From Minwuia sp. (GTDB lineage Bacteria > Pseudomonadota > Alphaproteobacteria > Minwuiales > Minwuiaceae), in assembly GCF_048263705.1 (NCBI RefSeq), contig NZ_JBLXDV010000009.1:14781-78780 (forward strand): a stretch of DNA of 64,000 bases, written 5' to 3'. The translations under genes were made by a program, and so were the position numbers. Positions 1 through 11,561 of this stretch are shown here, piece after piece (within the stretch, counting starts at the first letter, position 1; every line of letters starts with the position of its first letter). The notes below the pieces were generated by a model. It had not been told where the DNA came from. It worked only from the letters and a program-made list of their open reading frames with translations, and did no database searches.

Positions 1-1
1 A

Positions 2-166
2 GCCGTCCGGGGCGGGCTTCTGAGCCTGGAGGACGCCTGCCAGCGCTACACCCTGTCGGTCGAGGAATTCCTGTCCTGGCAGCGCGCCGTCGAGCGACAC
101 GGTATCGGCGGTCTGAGGACCACCCGCATCCAGGATTACCGCTCTGAAAACGCCGGCATGTTCTGA
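2..166 (+). CDS. DUF1153-family small protein, C-terminal fragment (5' end outside window)
   Basis: Frame-2 translation AVRGGLLSLEDACQRYTLSVEEFLSWQRAVERHGIGGLRTTRIQDYRSENAGMF ends at TGA 164-166. Resembles the small conserved protein commonly found just upstream of fliF in alphaproteobacteria (recalled from memory, not searched). Confidence 0.5.
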   Translation, partial: AVRGGLLSLEDACQRYTLSVEEFLSWQRAVERHGIGGLRTTRIQDYRSENAGMF

Positions 167-234
167 CCGGTCCGCACCTCCGCAACGACCGACCCGGCAT
201 TTTTTTCCCACCACCCGGCAAATCCTGCCCAGCA

Positions 235-250
235 TTAACTTCGCATTTAC
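235..250 (+). promoter_or_regulatory. CtrA-box-like motif TTAA-N7-TTTAC upstream of fliF
   Basis: Sequence TTAACTTCGCATTTAC lies about 35 nt upstream of the fliF GTG. The CtrA consensus in Caulobacter is TTAA-N7-TTAAC; this site has one mismatch. Confidence 0.25.
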
Positions 251-283
251 GAGCCCGCTCTATCGTCGCCGCTGTCACAAGAG

Positions 284-2014
284 GTGACGGCACGCAACAG
301 AGGGGCTTCGGCGACCTTGCCAGATGCAATCAAAAATCTCGGTATCACCCGGCTGATCCTGATCGCGGGCGTCACGCTTTCGGTCGTCATCTTCTTCGTC
401 TTCCTGGCAAGCCGCGTCGCCAAACCCGACATGGCCCTGCTCTACAAGGATCTTGATCCCGGCGACGCCTCGGCAATTGTCCAGATGCTGGAAGGCCAGG
501 ATGTGCCCTTCGAGATCCGGGGCGGCGGCAAGGAACTGTTCGTGCCGCGCGACCGGGTGGACCGCCTGCGCATGACCGCCGCTGAACTGGGCCTGCCCCT
601 TGGCGGCTCCGTCGGCTACGAGATCTTCGACAAGACGGACTCGCTCGGCACCACCAACTTCGTTCAGAACGTCAACCTGCTGCGCGCGCTGGAAGGCGAG
701 CTGTCGCGGACCATCACCTCGCTGGACCGGGTGGATGCCGCGCGCGTGCATCTGGTCATGCCCAAGCGCGAAGTGTTCCAGCGCAGCGACCGGCAGCCCA
801 GCGCCTCCATCGTGATCAAGGTGCGCGGTTCCCTGGGCAGCGAGCGCGTGACGGCCATCCAGAACCTGGTCGCCGCCGCCGTCCCCAGCCTGGAGCCGGG
901 CCGCGTGTCCGTCGTCGACAGCCGGGGGAACCTGCTGTCGGCGGGCATCGGCGGTCCCGGAGAAGGCAACAGCGCGCCGACCGCCCTGCAGGACATCCGG
1001 CGGTCGCAGGAACAGCGCATCAAGCATGCCGTCGAATCCCTGCTGGAGCAGACTGTCGGACCCGGTCGTGTCCGGGCCGAGGTGACCGTCGAGATCAACC
1101 ACGACCGCGTGACCACACAGAGCGAAACCTATGATGGCGACAACCCGGTGGTGCGTTCCACGCAGCTGCGCGAGGAAACCTCATCCTCGACGGACGGCAG
1201 CAATCAGGACGCCGTGACCGTCGCGACCAACCTGCCAGGCCAGGACTTCGGCAATGGCGAAACCAGCGACTCGTCCAACACGGAATCCCTGACCGAGGAA
1301 ACCATCAACTACGAGATTTCGCAGAAGATCACCACGCAGATCCGCGAGCCCGGTGTCGTCGAGCGCATCTCGGTCGCGGTGCTGGTGGACGGCAACTACG
1401 AAGCCGATGCGGATGGCAACCGGACCTACAGCCCGCGCACCGAGGAAGAACTGGAACAGCTGTCCCGGTTGGTGCGGTCAGCGGTCGGCTATGACGCCGA
1501 TCGGGGCGACACGGTAGAGATCTCGAACCTGCGGTTCGTCGATGTGAACGCCGTGTTCGCCGAACCGGAACCCGAGTTCAACATCATGGGCTTCAGCAAG
1601 GCCGATCTGATGCGCTTCGGCGAGACCGCCATGCTGGCCCTGATCGCACTGCTGGTCATGCTGCTGGTCGTGCGTCCGATGCTGAGCCGGATCGTCGCCT
1701 CCGGCAATCTGGACGTCGGTGATGACACGCTCGCTCTGGCGGGGGCCGGCGGCGATGTCAACGCGGCCATCGGTGCGGTCGGTCGCGCGTCAGGCGGCGG
1801 CCTCGCCCTGCCCGCCCCGGATGGCGGGGGCGGTGACGATGACGACCTGCCGGCCGTCGTTCAGCCGAAACCCCGGCAGCGTCAGGCCATCGACCTGAGT
1901 CATGTCGACGGCAACGTGAAGGATTCATCCCTGAAGCAGATCGCAGAGATCGTCGACCGCCATCCTGAAGAGGCCGTCTCGATCCTGCGCAGCTGGCTCT
2001 ATCAGGACCGCTAG
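284..2014 (+). CDS. fliF: flagellar MS-ring protein FliF
   Basis: 576-aa ORF with N-terminal TM segment ([20 protein letters not shown]), large periplasmic domain and C-terminal TM followed by a FliG-binding tail. GTG start at 284, no in-frame ATG nearby. Followed directly by fliG. Confidence 0.85.
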   Translation: MTARNRGASATLPDAIKNLGITRLILIAGVTLSVVIFFVFLASRVAKPDMALLYKDLDPGDASAIVQMLEGQDVPFEIRGGGKELFVPRDRVDRLRMTAAELGLPLGGSVGYEIFDKTDSLGTTNFVQNVNLLRALEGELSRTITSLDRVDAARVHLVMPKREVFQRSDRQPSASIVIKVRGSLGSERVTAIQNLVAAAVPSLEPGRVSVVDSRGNLLSAGIGGPGEGNSAPTALQDIRRSQEQRIKHAVESLLEQTVGPGRVRAEVTVEINHDRVTTQSETYDGDNPVVRSTQLREETSSSTDGSNQDAVTVATNLPGQDFGNGETSDSSNTESLTEETINYEISQKITTQIREPGVVERISVAVLVDGNYEADADGNRTYSPRTEEELEQLSRLVRSAVGYDADRGDTVEISNLRFVDVNAVFAEPEPEFNIMGFSKADLMRFGETAMLALIALLVMLLVVRPMLSRIVASGNLDVGDDTLALAGAGGDVNAAIGAVGRASGGGLALPAPDGGGGDDDDLPAVVQPKPRQRQAIDLSHVDGNVKDSSLKQIAEIVDRHPEEAVSILRSWLYQDR

Positions 2015-2031
2015 GGAGTACCGTACGGACA

Positions 2032-3045
2032 ATGGCCAGTCTCGAATTCAGAAACCTCAGCGGCTCGCAGAAGGCAGCGATCATGATCCTGTCCCTGGGC
2101 GAGGAAAGCACGGCGAAGGTCTGGGAACTGCTGGACGACGAGGAGATCAAGGAAGTCTCCCAGACGATGGCGAACCTCGGCTCGATCAACGCCGATGTCA
2201 TCGAGCGGCTGTTCGTCGAATTCGCCAACCAGATGACATCCGGCAGTTCGCTGGTCGGTTCCTTCGAAAGCACCGAACGCATGCTGGCCAAGACCCTGCC
2301 GCGCGAGCGGGTCGAGATGCTGATGGAGGATATCCGGGGTCCGGCTGGCCGCACGATGTGGGACAAGCTGGGCAACGTGAACGAGATGGTGCTCGCCAAC
2401 TATCTCAAGAACGAATACCCGCAGACGGTTGCCGTGGTCCTGTCCAAGATCAAGCCCGACCATGCCTCCCGCGTGCTGGGTTCGCTGCCCGAAGACTTCG
2501 CCATGGAAGTCGTCGCCCGGATGCTGCGCATGGAATCGGTGCAGAAGGAAGTGCTCGACAAGGTCGAGGAGACCTTGCGTATCGAGTTCATGAACAACCT
2601 GGCGCGCACCAACCGCCGCGACAGCCACGAGATGATGGCGGAGATCTTCAACAATCTGGACCGCCAGACCGAAAACCGCTTCGTCGCCGCACTGGAAGAA
2701 CGCAACCGCGACTCGGCGGAACGCATCAAGGCGCTGATGTTCACCTTCGAGGATCTGGCGAAACTGGATCCCGCCGGGGTTCAGACCCTGCTGCGCAATA
2801 TCGACAAGGACAAGATGGGGCTGGCGCTGAAGGGCGCATCCGATTCCCTGCGCGACCTGTTCTTCTCCAACATGTCCGAGCGCGCGGCCAAGATCCTGCG
2901 CGAGGACATGGACGCCATGGGACCGGTGCGGCTGCGCGATGTCGAGGCCTGCCAGATGGAGATGGTCAACGCCGCCAAGGATCTCGCCCAGAAGGGCGAC
3001 ATCATGCTGGCCGACAACAAGGGCGATGATGAACTTGTCTACTGA
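2032..3045 (+). CDS. fliG: flagellar motor switch protein FliG
   Basis: 337 aa, starting [25 protein letters not shown], typical of FliG N-terminus. Middle and C-terminal FliG regions recognisable. Position after fliF. Confidence 0.9.
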   Translation: MASLEFRNLSGSQKAAIMILSLGEESTAKVWELLDDEEIKEVSQTMANLGSINADVIERLFVEFANQMTSGSSLVGSFESTERMLAKTLPRERVEMLMEDIRGPAGRTMWDKLGNVNEMVLANYLKNEYPQTVAVVLSKIKPDHASRVLGSLPEDFAMEVVARMLRMESVQKEVLDKVEETLRIEFMNNLARTNRRDSHEMMAEIFNNLDRQTENRFVAALEERNRDSAERIKALMFTFEDLAKLDPAGVQTLLRNIDKDKMGLALKGASDSLRDLFFSNMSERAAKILREDMDAMGPVRLRDVEACQMEMVNAAKDLAQKGDIMLADNKGDDELVY

Positions 3046-3060
3046 TCCGGGACAGCAGCG

Positions 3061-3693
3061 ATGAGCGAGAAATTTCTGTTCGATCAGGAGTTCGACGAAT
3101 CCGGTCGTCCGCGACGGGCCGCCCGCGCCGAGACCTTCGGCGAGGACGATCTGAACGCCGCGCGGGCCCAGGCATTCGCCGAAGGTCAGGAAGAGGGTGC
3201 CAGGTCAGCCAGCGCCACCATCGAGGCGACCGCCGCCGACATTCTGAACCAGGTCGCGGAACAGCTTCAGACGCTGTCGGGCCAGTTCGACGGCTTCGCC
3301 CAGGGCTGGCGCGCCCAGGCTTCGGCCATCGCCGTCGCCGTGGGTCAGAAGCTGGCGCATCGCCTGATGCAGGACCACCCGATTGCCGAGATCGAGGCCA
3401 TGGTCGCCGATTGCGTCGCCGAACTGCACGAGGAGCCGCGGCTGGTGATCCGGACATCCGATCCGGTCGCGGAAGTGCTGCGCGAACGGCTGGACGACAT
3501 CGCAGGGAAGGCCGGGTTTGACGGTCATCTGGTGCTGCTGCCGGACCAGCAGATGAACGATCAGGATTGCAGGGTCGAATGGGCCGATGGCGGCGTGGTC
3601 CGCGATCAGGCAGAAACGGAATCGAAGATCAATCGCGCTGTAGAGGCTTTCGTGGCCTCTCCCAGCCCGCAAGGGAGCATGAATCATGTCTGA
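3061..3693 (+). CDS. fliH: flagellar assembly protein FliH (FlbE-like)
   Basis: 210-aa acidic protein with Ala/Gln-rich coiled region. Lies between fliG and fliN and overlaps fliN by 8 nt. Weak family signal, so the call rests mainly on context. Confidence 0.55.
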   Translation: MSEKFLFDQEFDESGRPRRAARAETFGEDDLNAARAQAFAEGQEEGARSASATIEATAADILNQVAEQLQTLSGQFDGFAQGWRAQASAIAVAVGQKLAHRLMQDHPIAEIEAMVADCVAELHEEPRLVIRTSDPVAEVLRERLDDIAGKAGFDGHLVLLPDQQMNDQDCRVEWADGGVVRDQAETESKINRAVEAFVASPSPQGSMNHV

Positions 3694-4045
3694 CGAAAGC
3701 GAACTCAACCTCGACGACATGGACGATACGGACGCCCCGGTGCCTTCGACCTCGCTGGTCGAGAACGACGGCGACGAGGATGAGGAGACCGGCCGCACGG
3801 CGAACGATCTGGAAACGGTCTTCGATATTCCGGTGCAGGTTTCCGCCGTGCTCGGCCGATCGCGCATGCAGGTCAGCCAGTTGATGAAGATCGGCGCCAG
3901 CACGGTCATCGAGCTGGACCGGAAGGTCGGTGAGGCCATCGACATCTACGTCAACAACCGGCTGGTCGCCCGCGGCGAGGTCGTCGTCGTCGACGAACGC
4001 CTGGGCGTGACCATGACCGAAATCATCAAGGGCAACAGGAACTGA
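3686..4045 (+). CDS. fliN: flagellar motor switch protein FliN
   Basis: 119 aa. C-terminal SpoA/FliN domain IPVQVSAVLGRSRMQVSQLMKIGASTVIELDRKVGEAIDIYVNNRLVARGEVVVVDERLGVTM. Confidence 0.85.
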   Translation: MSDESELNLDDMDDTDAPVPSTSLVENDGDEDEETGRTANDLETVFDIPVQVSAVLGRSRMQVSQLMKIGASTVIELDRKVGEAIDIYVNNRLVARGEVVVVDERLGVTMTEIIKGNRN

Positions 4046-4046
4046 C

Positions 4047-4829
4047 ATGTTCGGGCGTTTCGACATTGCCACGCTGATCGGCCTGATCGCCGGGTTCGGA
4101 CTGCTTGCGCTGGCCGTGCTGCTGGGCGACGGCGCGCTGAACTTCATCAACCTGCCGTCCGTGCTGATCGTGATCGGCGGCACGCTGGCCGTCACCCTGA
4201 TCAGTTTCAATCTGGGAGACGTGGGACGCGCATTCCCGACCACATTCGGTGTGGTCTTCCGCCGTCCGCGCGATGCCTCGCAGGCCGCGATGATCGCCGT
4301 CAAGCTGGCGGATGAGGCCCGCCGGAAGGGCCATCTGGGCCTGCCGCGCACGCTGACCGGCGTTCGCGACGAACCATTTCTGCGCAAGGCGCTGGAGATG
4401 GTTGCCGACGGCACCCCCACCGCCGAGATCGAACGCATTCTTGAAAACGACATGGCGTCGATACAGAGCCGCGAGAAGGGCGTCGCCCAGATCCTGCGCC
4501 GCGCCGCCGAGGTCGCCCCCGCCATGGGCCTGATCGGCACGCTGGTCGGTCTGGTGCAGATGCTCAACCGGCTCGACAGCCCCGCCGACATCGGTCCGGC
4601 CATGGCGCTGGCGCTGCTGACCACGCTGTATGGCGCGGTGCTCGCCAACATGGTGCTGAACCCGCTGGCCACCAAGATCGAACGCCACGCCTCCGACGAG
4701 GCCACGCTCAACCGGCTCTATGCCGCCGCTGCCTGTTCCATCAGCCGCAAGGAAAACCCGCGGCACCTCGAAACATTCATCAATTCGCTGCTGCCCCCGC
4801 TGAAGCGCGTGCAGTTCTACGCGACCTGA
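4047..4829 (+). CDS. motA: MotA/PomA-family flagellar stator protein (MotA/TolQ/ExbB proton channel)
   Basis: 260 aa with two TM segments, a roughly 100-aa cytoplasmic loop, two further TM segments (AMGLIGTLVGLVQML and ALALLTTLYGAVLANMV) and a cytoplasmic tail, which is MotA topology. Embedded in the fli operon. No motB adjacent. Confidence 0.7.
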   Translation: MFGRFDIATLIGLIAGFGLLALAVLLGDGALNFINLPSVLIVIGGTLAVTLISFNLGDVGRAFPTTFGVVFRRPRDASQAAMIAVKLADEARRKGHLGLPRTLTGVRDEPFLRKALEMVADGTPTAEIERILENDMASIQSREKGVAQILRRAAEVAPAMGLIGTLVGLVQMLNRLDSPADIGPAMALALLTTLYGAVLANMVLNPLATKIERHASDEATLNRLYAAAACSISRKENPRHLETFINSLLPPLKRVQFYAT

Positions 4830-4850
4830 TCTGAGAAGGGAGAAGTCCAG

Positions 4851-6233
<1,383 letters not shown>

Positions 6234-6252
6234 CCGGAGCTAGATCAAACCG

Positions 6253-8403
6253 ATGAGCGAACGACTTCCGGCAGAACGCGGAGGCGGACCGGTGACCCCG
6301 ACGGGCGGAAGCCTTTCCGGTTCAGGTGCCGATTCCTTCAACGTATTGCGCACCATGCTGTTCCGGACGGACATCGCCCTGGCGCTGGGCGTCGTTGCCA
6401 TCCTGGTCATCCTGATGCTGCCGATGCCGGGCTGGCTGCTCGATTTCAGCCTGGCCAGTTCGATCACTTTCTCGGTGCTGATCCTGATGACCTGCCTGTT
6501 CATCGGCAAGCCGCTGGAATTCAGTTCCTTCCCCACGGTGCTGCTGATCGCGACCATGTTGCGACTGTCGCTCAATCTGGCCTCCACCCGGCTGATCCTG
6601 TCGGAAGGCCACACCGGCACGGACGCCGCCGGCAGCGTCATTGAAGCCTTCGGCAATTTCGTCATGGGCGGCAACTTCGTCATCGGCATCATCGTCTTCT
6701 CGATTCTGGTGATCGTGAACTTCGTGGTGATCACCAAGGGTTCCGGACGCATCGCCGAGGTCGCGGCCCGCTTCACGCTGGATGCCATGCCCGGCAAGCA
6801 GATGGCCATCGACGCCGATCTGTCCTCGGGCCTGATCGACGAGAACGATGCACGCAACCGGCGCAAGGAACTGGAAGACGAAAGCACCTTCTTCGGCGCG
6901 ATGGATGGTGCGTCCAAGTTCGTGCGCGGCGACGCCATCGCAGGCCTGCTGATCACCTTCATCAATGTCATCGGCGGCATCATCATCGGCGTCGCGCAGA
7001 ACGGCATGGACTTCGGCACCGCCGCGCAGACCTATACGCTGCTGACCGTGGGCGACGGCCTGGTCAGCCAGATCCCCGCGCTGATCGTGTCGGTCGCGGC
7101 CGGCCTGCTGGTGTCGAAGGCCGGAGTGTCGGGTTCCGCCGACAAGGCCATGTTCGGTCAGTTGAGCGGCTATCCCAAGGCCCTCGGCCTGTCGGCGTTC
7201 CTGCTGGGGTCGATGGCGCTGCTGCCCGGCATTCCGATGATCCCGTTCCTGCTGCTGGCAGGGGCCGCAGGCTACGGCGCCTATTACATGGCCAACAAGC
7301 CGCCGCCGGTGGATGTGGACGAGGCAACCGCCGCCGAAGAGGTCGACACCAATGCCGAACCCGCAGAACAGCCCCTGTCAGAAGTGCTGGCCATCGACGA
7401 TCTGCGCCTGGAGATCGGCTACGGCCTGCTGAAGCTGCTGGAAGGCGACGGCACCGGCCCGAAACTGACCGACCAGATCCGGGCGCTGCGCCGCCAGTTC
7501 GCATCCGACATGGGCTTCGTCATGCCCAGCGTGCGCATTCTGGACAACGTGCAGCTTGGCGCGAACGCCTACGCCTTCCGCATCAAGGAGGTGGAGGCCG
7601 GACGCGGCGAGGTGCGTGTCGGGCGACTGATGGTCATGGATCCGTCGGGCCGCGATATCGACATCCGTGGCGACGAGACGATCGAACCGGCCTTCGGCCT
7701 GCCCGCCAAGTGGATCGACGAGAGCCTGCGCGAGGAAGCGAGTTTCCGCGGTCTGACCGTCGTCGATGCGGCGACCGTCATGACCACGCATCTGACCGAG
7801 ATCATGAAGGATCACATGTCGGAGCTGCTGTCCTATGCGGAAACGCGGAAGCTGCTGGACGATCTGCCCGACGCGCACAAGAAGCTGGTCGATGACCTGA
7901 TCCCGAACCAGATTTCGGTCTCGGCGATCCAGCGCGTGTTGCAGAATCTGCTGTCCGAGCGCGTGTCGATCCGGGACCTGGCGAGCATTCTGGAAGGCAT
8001 CTCGGAAGCCGTCGGCTTCACCAAGAACGTCACCCTGATCACCGAACATGTACGCACCCGCCTGGCCCGCCAGATCTGCAACGCGAACCTCACCGGCGAC
8101 GGGTTCCTGCCGCTGGTGTCGCTCTCGCCCAACTGGGAGCAGGCGTTTGCCGAGGCGCTGCAGGGCCAGGGGGAGGAACGGCAGTTGGCGATGGCCCCCA
8201 GCAAGCTGCAGGAATTCATCGGCGCGGTGCGCATGAACTACGACCAGCTGGCGCAGCAGGGTCACGATCCGGTGCTGCTGACAAGCCCGGCCATCCGCCC
8301 CTTCGTGCGCTCGATCGTCGAACGTATCCGCAATTCGACGGTGGTCATGAGCCAGAACGAGGTGCATCCGAAGGTGCGCCTCAGAACCCTGTCGCAGATC
8401 TGA
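6253..8403 (+). CDS. flhA: flagellar export apparatus protein FlhA
   Basis: 716 aa. N-terminal 8-TM region with the conserved FHIPEP-like stretch (ASTRLILSEGHTGTDAAG ... RFTLDAMPGKQMAIDADL) and a large cytoplasmic C-domain. The true start may be the internal ATG at 6355. Confidence 0.9.
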   Translation: MSERLPAERGGGPVTPTGGSLSGSGADSFNVLRTMLFRTDIALALGVVAILVILMLPMPGWLLDFSLASSITFSVLILMTCLFIGKPLEFSSFPTVLLIATMLRLSLNLASTRLILSEGHTGTDAAGSVIEAFGNFVMGGNFVIGIIVFSILVIVNFVVITKGSGRIAEVAARFTLDAMPGKQMAIDADLSSGLIDENDARNRRKELEDESTFFGAMDGASKFVRGDAIAGLLITFINVIGGIIIGVAQNGMDFGTAAQTYTLLTVGDGLVSQIPALIVSVAAGLLVSKAGVSGSADKAMFGQLSGYPKALGLSAFLLGSMALLPGIPMIPFLLLAGAAGYGAYYMANKPPPVDVDEATAAEEVDTNAEPAEQPLSEVLAIDDLRLEIGYGLLKLLEGDGTGPKLTDQIRALRRQFASDMGFVMPSVRILDNVQLGANAYAFRIKEVEAGRGEVRVGRLMVMDPSGRDIDIRGDETIEPAFGLPAKWIDESLREEASFRGLTVVDAATVMTTHLTEIMKDHMSELLSYAETRKLLDDLPDAHKKLVDDLIPNQISVSAIQRVLQNLLSERVSIRDLASILEGISEAVGFTKNVTLITEHVRTRLARQICNANLTGDGFLPLVSLSPNWEQAFAEALQGQGEERQLAMAPSKLQEFIGAVRMNYDQLAQQGHDPVLLTSPAIRPFVRSIVERIRNSTVVMSQNEVHPKVRLRTLSQI

Positions 8404-8408
8404 TCTGA

Positions 8409-9350
8409 ATGCTGGTCCGCACCTTCATCGCGCCTTCGATGGCCAGGGCCCTGTCCGAGGTACGGCGGGAACTGGGGGCCGACGCGGTCATTCTGGGCTC
8501 GACCCAGGTGCCCGAGGGCGTCGAGGTCACCGCCGCCGTCGAACCGCCCGAAGAGATCACCATCGCCGCGCCCGAACCGGCCATCCCCGAAGAGGCGGCC
8601 TTTCTGGTGAAGGCCGTCGCCTTTCACGGCGCACCCGTCGGTCTGAACGAACGCATCTGCCGAACGGCCGCCGCATCGGGTCACGACGATCTGGTCACCG
8701 CCCTGACCGCCGGCATCGACGAAGCATTCAGGTTCCGGCCGCTGGCGCCCGCTCGGGAGCAGGCACTGGCGCTGGTCGGACCTCCGGGCGCGGGCAAGAC
8801 CGTCGTCGCCGCGAAATACGCGCTGGAGGCCGCCCTGTCGGGCACACCGCTGCGGATCGCGACCACCGACATCGAACGTCCGGGCGGCGATACCCGGCTG
8901 AAGGAACTGGCCGCCATCATCGAGAACCCGCCGGTGCGGCTCAGCCCGGAACGCCGGTTCAGCGGCGGCGGCAACCGGCTGATCGATACCGAGGGCGTCA
9001 ATCCCTTCGATGCCTATGACATGGCCCGGCTGACCGAAACGATCCGCATCAATGAGGCCGAACCGGTGCTGGTGCTGCCCGCCGGCGGCGACCCGTTCGA
9101 ATATGAGGACATCGCCGCCGCCTTCCAGGCCATCGGCGTGCGCCGCATCATCGCGACACGGCTGGATACGGCCCGGCGGATCGGCGGGCTGCTGGCCGCG
9201 GCGGGCAATGGGCTGTCGTTCTGTATGGCCGGTGCCTCGCCGGTGATCGCCGACGGTCTGCACGAACTGACCCCCGCCGCCCTCGCCCGCCTGATTCTCA
9301 GTGATCCCGATGCCGACAAGGCCCTGAACCGCGACAGGAAAAGCGCATGA
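8409..9350 (+). CDS. flhF: flagellar biosynthesis GTPase FlhF (short form)
   Basis: N-terminus MLVRTFIAPSMARALSEVRRELGADAVILGSTQVPEGVEVTAAV resembles the FlhF N-terminus as recalled from memory (no alignment possible without tools). SRP-type G domain with P-loop GPPGAGKT. Confidence 0.8.
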   Translation: MLVRTFIAPSMARALSEVRRELGADAVILGSTQVPEGVEVTAAVEPPEEITIAAPEPAIPEEAAFLVKAVAFHGAPVGLNERICRTAAASGHDDLVTALTAGIDEAFRFRPLAPAREQALALVGPPGAGKTVVAAKYALEAALSGTPLRIATTDIERPGGDTRLKELAAIIENPPVRLSPERRFSGGGNRLIDTEGVNPFDAYDMARLTETIRINEAEPVLVLPAGGDPFEYEDIAAAFQAIGVRRIIATRLDTARRIGGLLAAAGNGLSFCMAGASPVIADGLHELTPAALARLILSDPDADKALNRDRKSA

Positions 9351-10162
9351 CACAGCATCCCGCCCGAGCCAGTGCCGCAACCGGCGCGCGATCCCAAGGC
9401 ACCGCGCATCCATCCGTCGCGCTGGGCACCAACATGATCGCCATCGCCTCGGGCAAGGGCGGCGTCGGCAAGACGTGGTTTTCGATCACCCTGGCGCATG
9501 CGTTGCGCCGCAAGGGGCGCAAGGTGCTGTTGTTCGACGGCGATCTGGGTCTCGCAAATGTCGATATCCAGCTCGGCCTGTCCCCAAAGGGTGATCTGGT
9601 CCAGGCCCTCAGCGGACAGAAGTCCTTCAACGACGTCGTGACCCACGACAGCGCTACCGGGATCGACATCGTGACGGGCCGGTCCGGCCTGGCCCAACTG
9701 GCCGACGCCGACAGCGGACATCTGGATGTGCTGGCGCGCGGGCTGGGCCTGATCAGCGACATGTACGACCATGTGGTGCTGGATCTCGGAGCCGGGATCG
9801 ACCGGGCCGTGCGCACGCTGGCAGGCAACGCGCGGCAGGTGCTGGTCCTGACCAATATCGAGCCGACATCCATCACCGACGCCTACGCCCTGATCAAGCT
9901 GCTGCATCAGGACAACCCGGCGACGGACATGAAGATCATCGTCAACAGCGCAGACGACAGCCGCGATGGCGAACGCACCTACGGCAAGCTGAAAATGGCC
10001 TGCGAGAATTTCCTGAACTTCTCGCCCGCGCTGGGCGGCATCATTCGCAGCGACCGGCATGTGCCCGAGGCCATCCGGCGTCAGATGCCGCTGGCCACAA
10101 GGCATCCGACCAGCGAAGCCAGCGCGGACGTCGACCGGATCGCCGGGACCCTGCTCCGCTGA
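9347..10162 (+). CDS. flhG: MinD/ParA-family flagellar number regulator FlhG/FleN
   Basis: 271 aa. Deviant Walker A IAIASGKGGVGKTWFSITLA. Overlaps flhF stop by 4 nt. Confidence 0.8.
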   Translation: MTQHPARASAATGARSQGTAHPSVALGTNMIAIASGKGGVGKTWFSITLAHALRRKGRKVLLFDGDLGLANVDIQLGLSPKGDLVQALSGQKSFNDVVTHDSATGIDIVTGRSGLAQLADADSGHLDVLARGLGLISDMYDHVVLDLGAGIDRAVRTLAGNARQVLVLTNIEPTSITDAYALIKLLHQDNPATDMKIIVNSADDSRDGERTYGKLKMACENFLNFSPALGGIIRSDRHVPEAIRRQMPLATRHPTSEASADVDRIAGTLLR

Positions 10163-10166
10163 GCGC

Positions 10167-11093
10167 CTATTCCCCCGCCAGCATGGCCGGGGTGATACGC
10201 TTCAGGACCTTCGGCGGCTGCGGTTTGATGAAGGTCATCTGCCACTTCTGCGCCAGCTTCTCCAGCGTGCCGTCGGACTTCATCGCCGTCAGCGCCGCAT
10301 TGATGCGCGACGCCAGATCGGCATCCCGCTCCAGAATTGCGAAGCCCATGTTGATGCCCAGCGGGTGCACGTAGCCCGAGAAGTGGATCGGTGCGTCCGC
10401 GTTGCGGCGCATGAAATTGTCGAACTTGTGGACTTCCAGCACGGCGGCATCCAGTTCGCCGTCGGCCAGCGCGGGCAGGACGCCCTCGCTCTGCCGCATG
10501 CTGACAGCCGTGGGGATCAGGACGCCGCCGCGATAGCGATGCACCAGGACCGAGGCCATCGTCTCGACCTCATAGCCGATACGGCGGCCCTCCAGATCAT
10601 GCAGGCCCGTTACCTGAAGGTCTTTCAGAACCGGCCCCAGAAAGACGCCGAAGGAAACACGGTTGTAGGGATCGGTGGCGGCCAGCACGCCCAGCTTCAC
10701 CAGCCGCCCGCGCTCGGACCGCTTCATCCCGTCATATTCGGGGATTGCGCCCTGATCGGTCTCCGGCTTGCCGAGCGAGGAAGCGACCAGCGGATATCCG
10801 CCGACCACATCGCACAAGCCATCCGAAAGCAGCGCGTTGGCTTCCCAGACGGGCACGTTCTCCTCGTCATTCTCGGCCTCGAACCATTGCACGGCAAAGC
10901 CCATGTCCAGTCGCCGGGCCACCTCCTCGGCAACGCCATGGTCGAAGCCGCCCTGCCGGGAGCGGAACTTGAACGACAGAGGCGGCGAATCCTCCTCCAG
11001 ACAGACGGTCAGGGTCTGTTGTGCCGAAGCAACGCCGACAAGGCCCGAGAGACAGAACACCAGGGCTGCGAGGAGCGGAACGACGCGCATCAT
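10167..11093 (-). CDS. xoxJ: quinoprotein-dehydrogenase-associated periplasmic solute-binding protein (MoxJ/XoxJ-like)
   Basis: 308 aa with signal peptide (MMRVVPLLAALVFCLSGLVGVASA) and SBP-family-3 fold. Located downstream of xoxF-xoxG. Confidence 0.7.
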   Translation of the reverse strand: MMRVVPLLAALVFCLSGLVGVASAQQTLTVCLEEDSPPLSFKFRSRQGGFDHGVAEEVARRLDMGFAVQWFEAENDEENVPVWEANALLSDGLCDVVGGYPLVASSLGKPETDQGAIPEYDGMKRSERGRLVKLGVLAATDPYNRVSFGVFLGPVLKDLQVTGLHDLEGRRIGYEVETMASVLVHRYRGGVLIPTAVSMRQSEGVLPALADGELDAAVLEVHKFDNFMRRNADAPIHFSGYVHPLGINMGFAILERDADLASRINAALTAMKSDGTLEKLAQKWQMTFIKPQPPKVLKRITPAMLAGE

Positions 11094-11416
11094 TTACCCT
11101 TGGTCTTCACATAGGCCCACATGTGGTCGATCTCCTCATCGGTGACGATATCGCTCCAGGCCGGCATTTCGCCGCGCGGCCCGCGTTTGCCTTCCTTCAC
11201 CACCTTGATGAAGCGTGCCTTGTCCCCGGGCTTCATCTTGCGCAGGTCAGCGGCACGGGCACCCGAATTGATCATGCGCGGCCCGTGACAGACCGAGCAA
11301 TAGGTATGGTAGAGTTGATTGCCGGTATCGGCATCCGCAGCGCGCACCGGGGTCTGCCCCAGCGTCGCGGACATGACCAGTGCCGCAAGGGCCAGTCCGG
11401 TGATCTTGAACATCAT
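11090..11416 (-). CDS. xoxG: c-type cytochrome, XoxG-like
   Basis: Heme-binding CSVCHG motif. Signal peptide MMFKITGLALAALVMSATLGQTPVRAA if started at the internal ATG ending at 11416 (ORF extends to 11497). Overlaps xoxJ by 4 nt. Confidence 0.7.
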   Translation of the reverse strand: MMFKITGLALAALVMSATLGQTPVRAADADTGNQLYHTYCSVCHGPRMINSGARAADLRKMKPGDKARFIKVVKEGKRGPRGEMPAWSDIVTDEEIDHMWAYVKTKGK

Positions 11417-11561
11417 GAAATCTCCAGTGCCTCGTCGTGGATCACGGGGCACATCCTTGTCGTCACGTCTGAACATCGTCTGAACCGGCAAACGCAACCA
11501 TGCCGGACAGACGAGGGGCCGCCCGGCAAGCGGACGACCCCTCTCCGTATTCCCGCGAACC

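Noticed and set aside
275-1102. Long minus-strand ORFs (275 aa and 150 aa) antisense to fliF
   Set aside because: Entirely inside the fliF coding region. Low-complexity Arg/Ala/Gly-rich translation is typical of antisense frames in high-GC DNA.
8262-10105. 383-aa and 363-aa minus-strand ORFs antisense to flhF/flhG
   Set aside because: Antisense to genes with clear P-loop and Walker motifs. No independent support.
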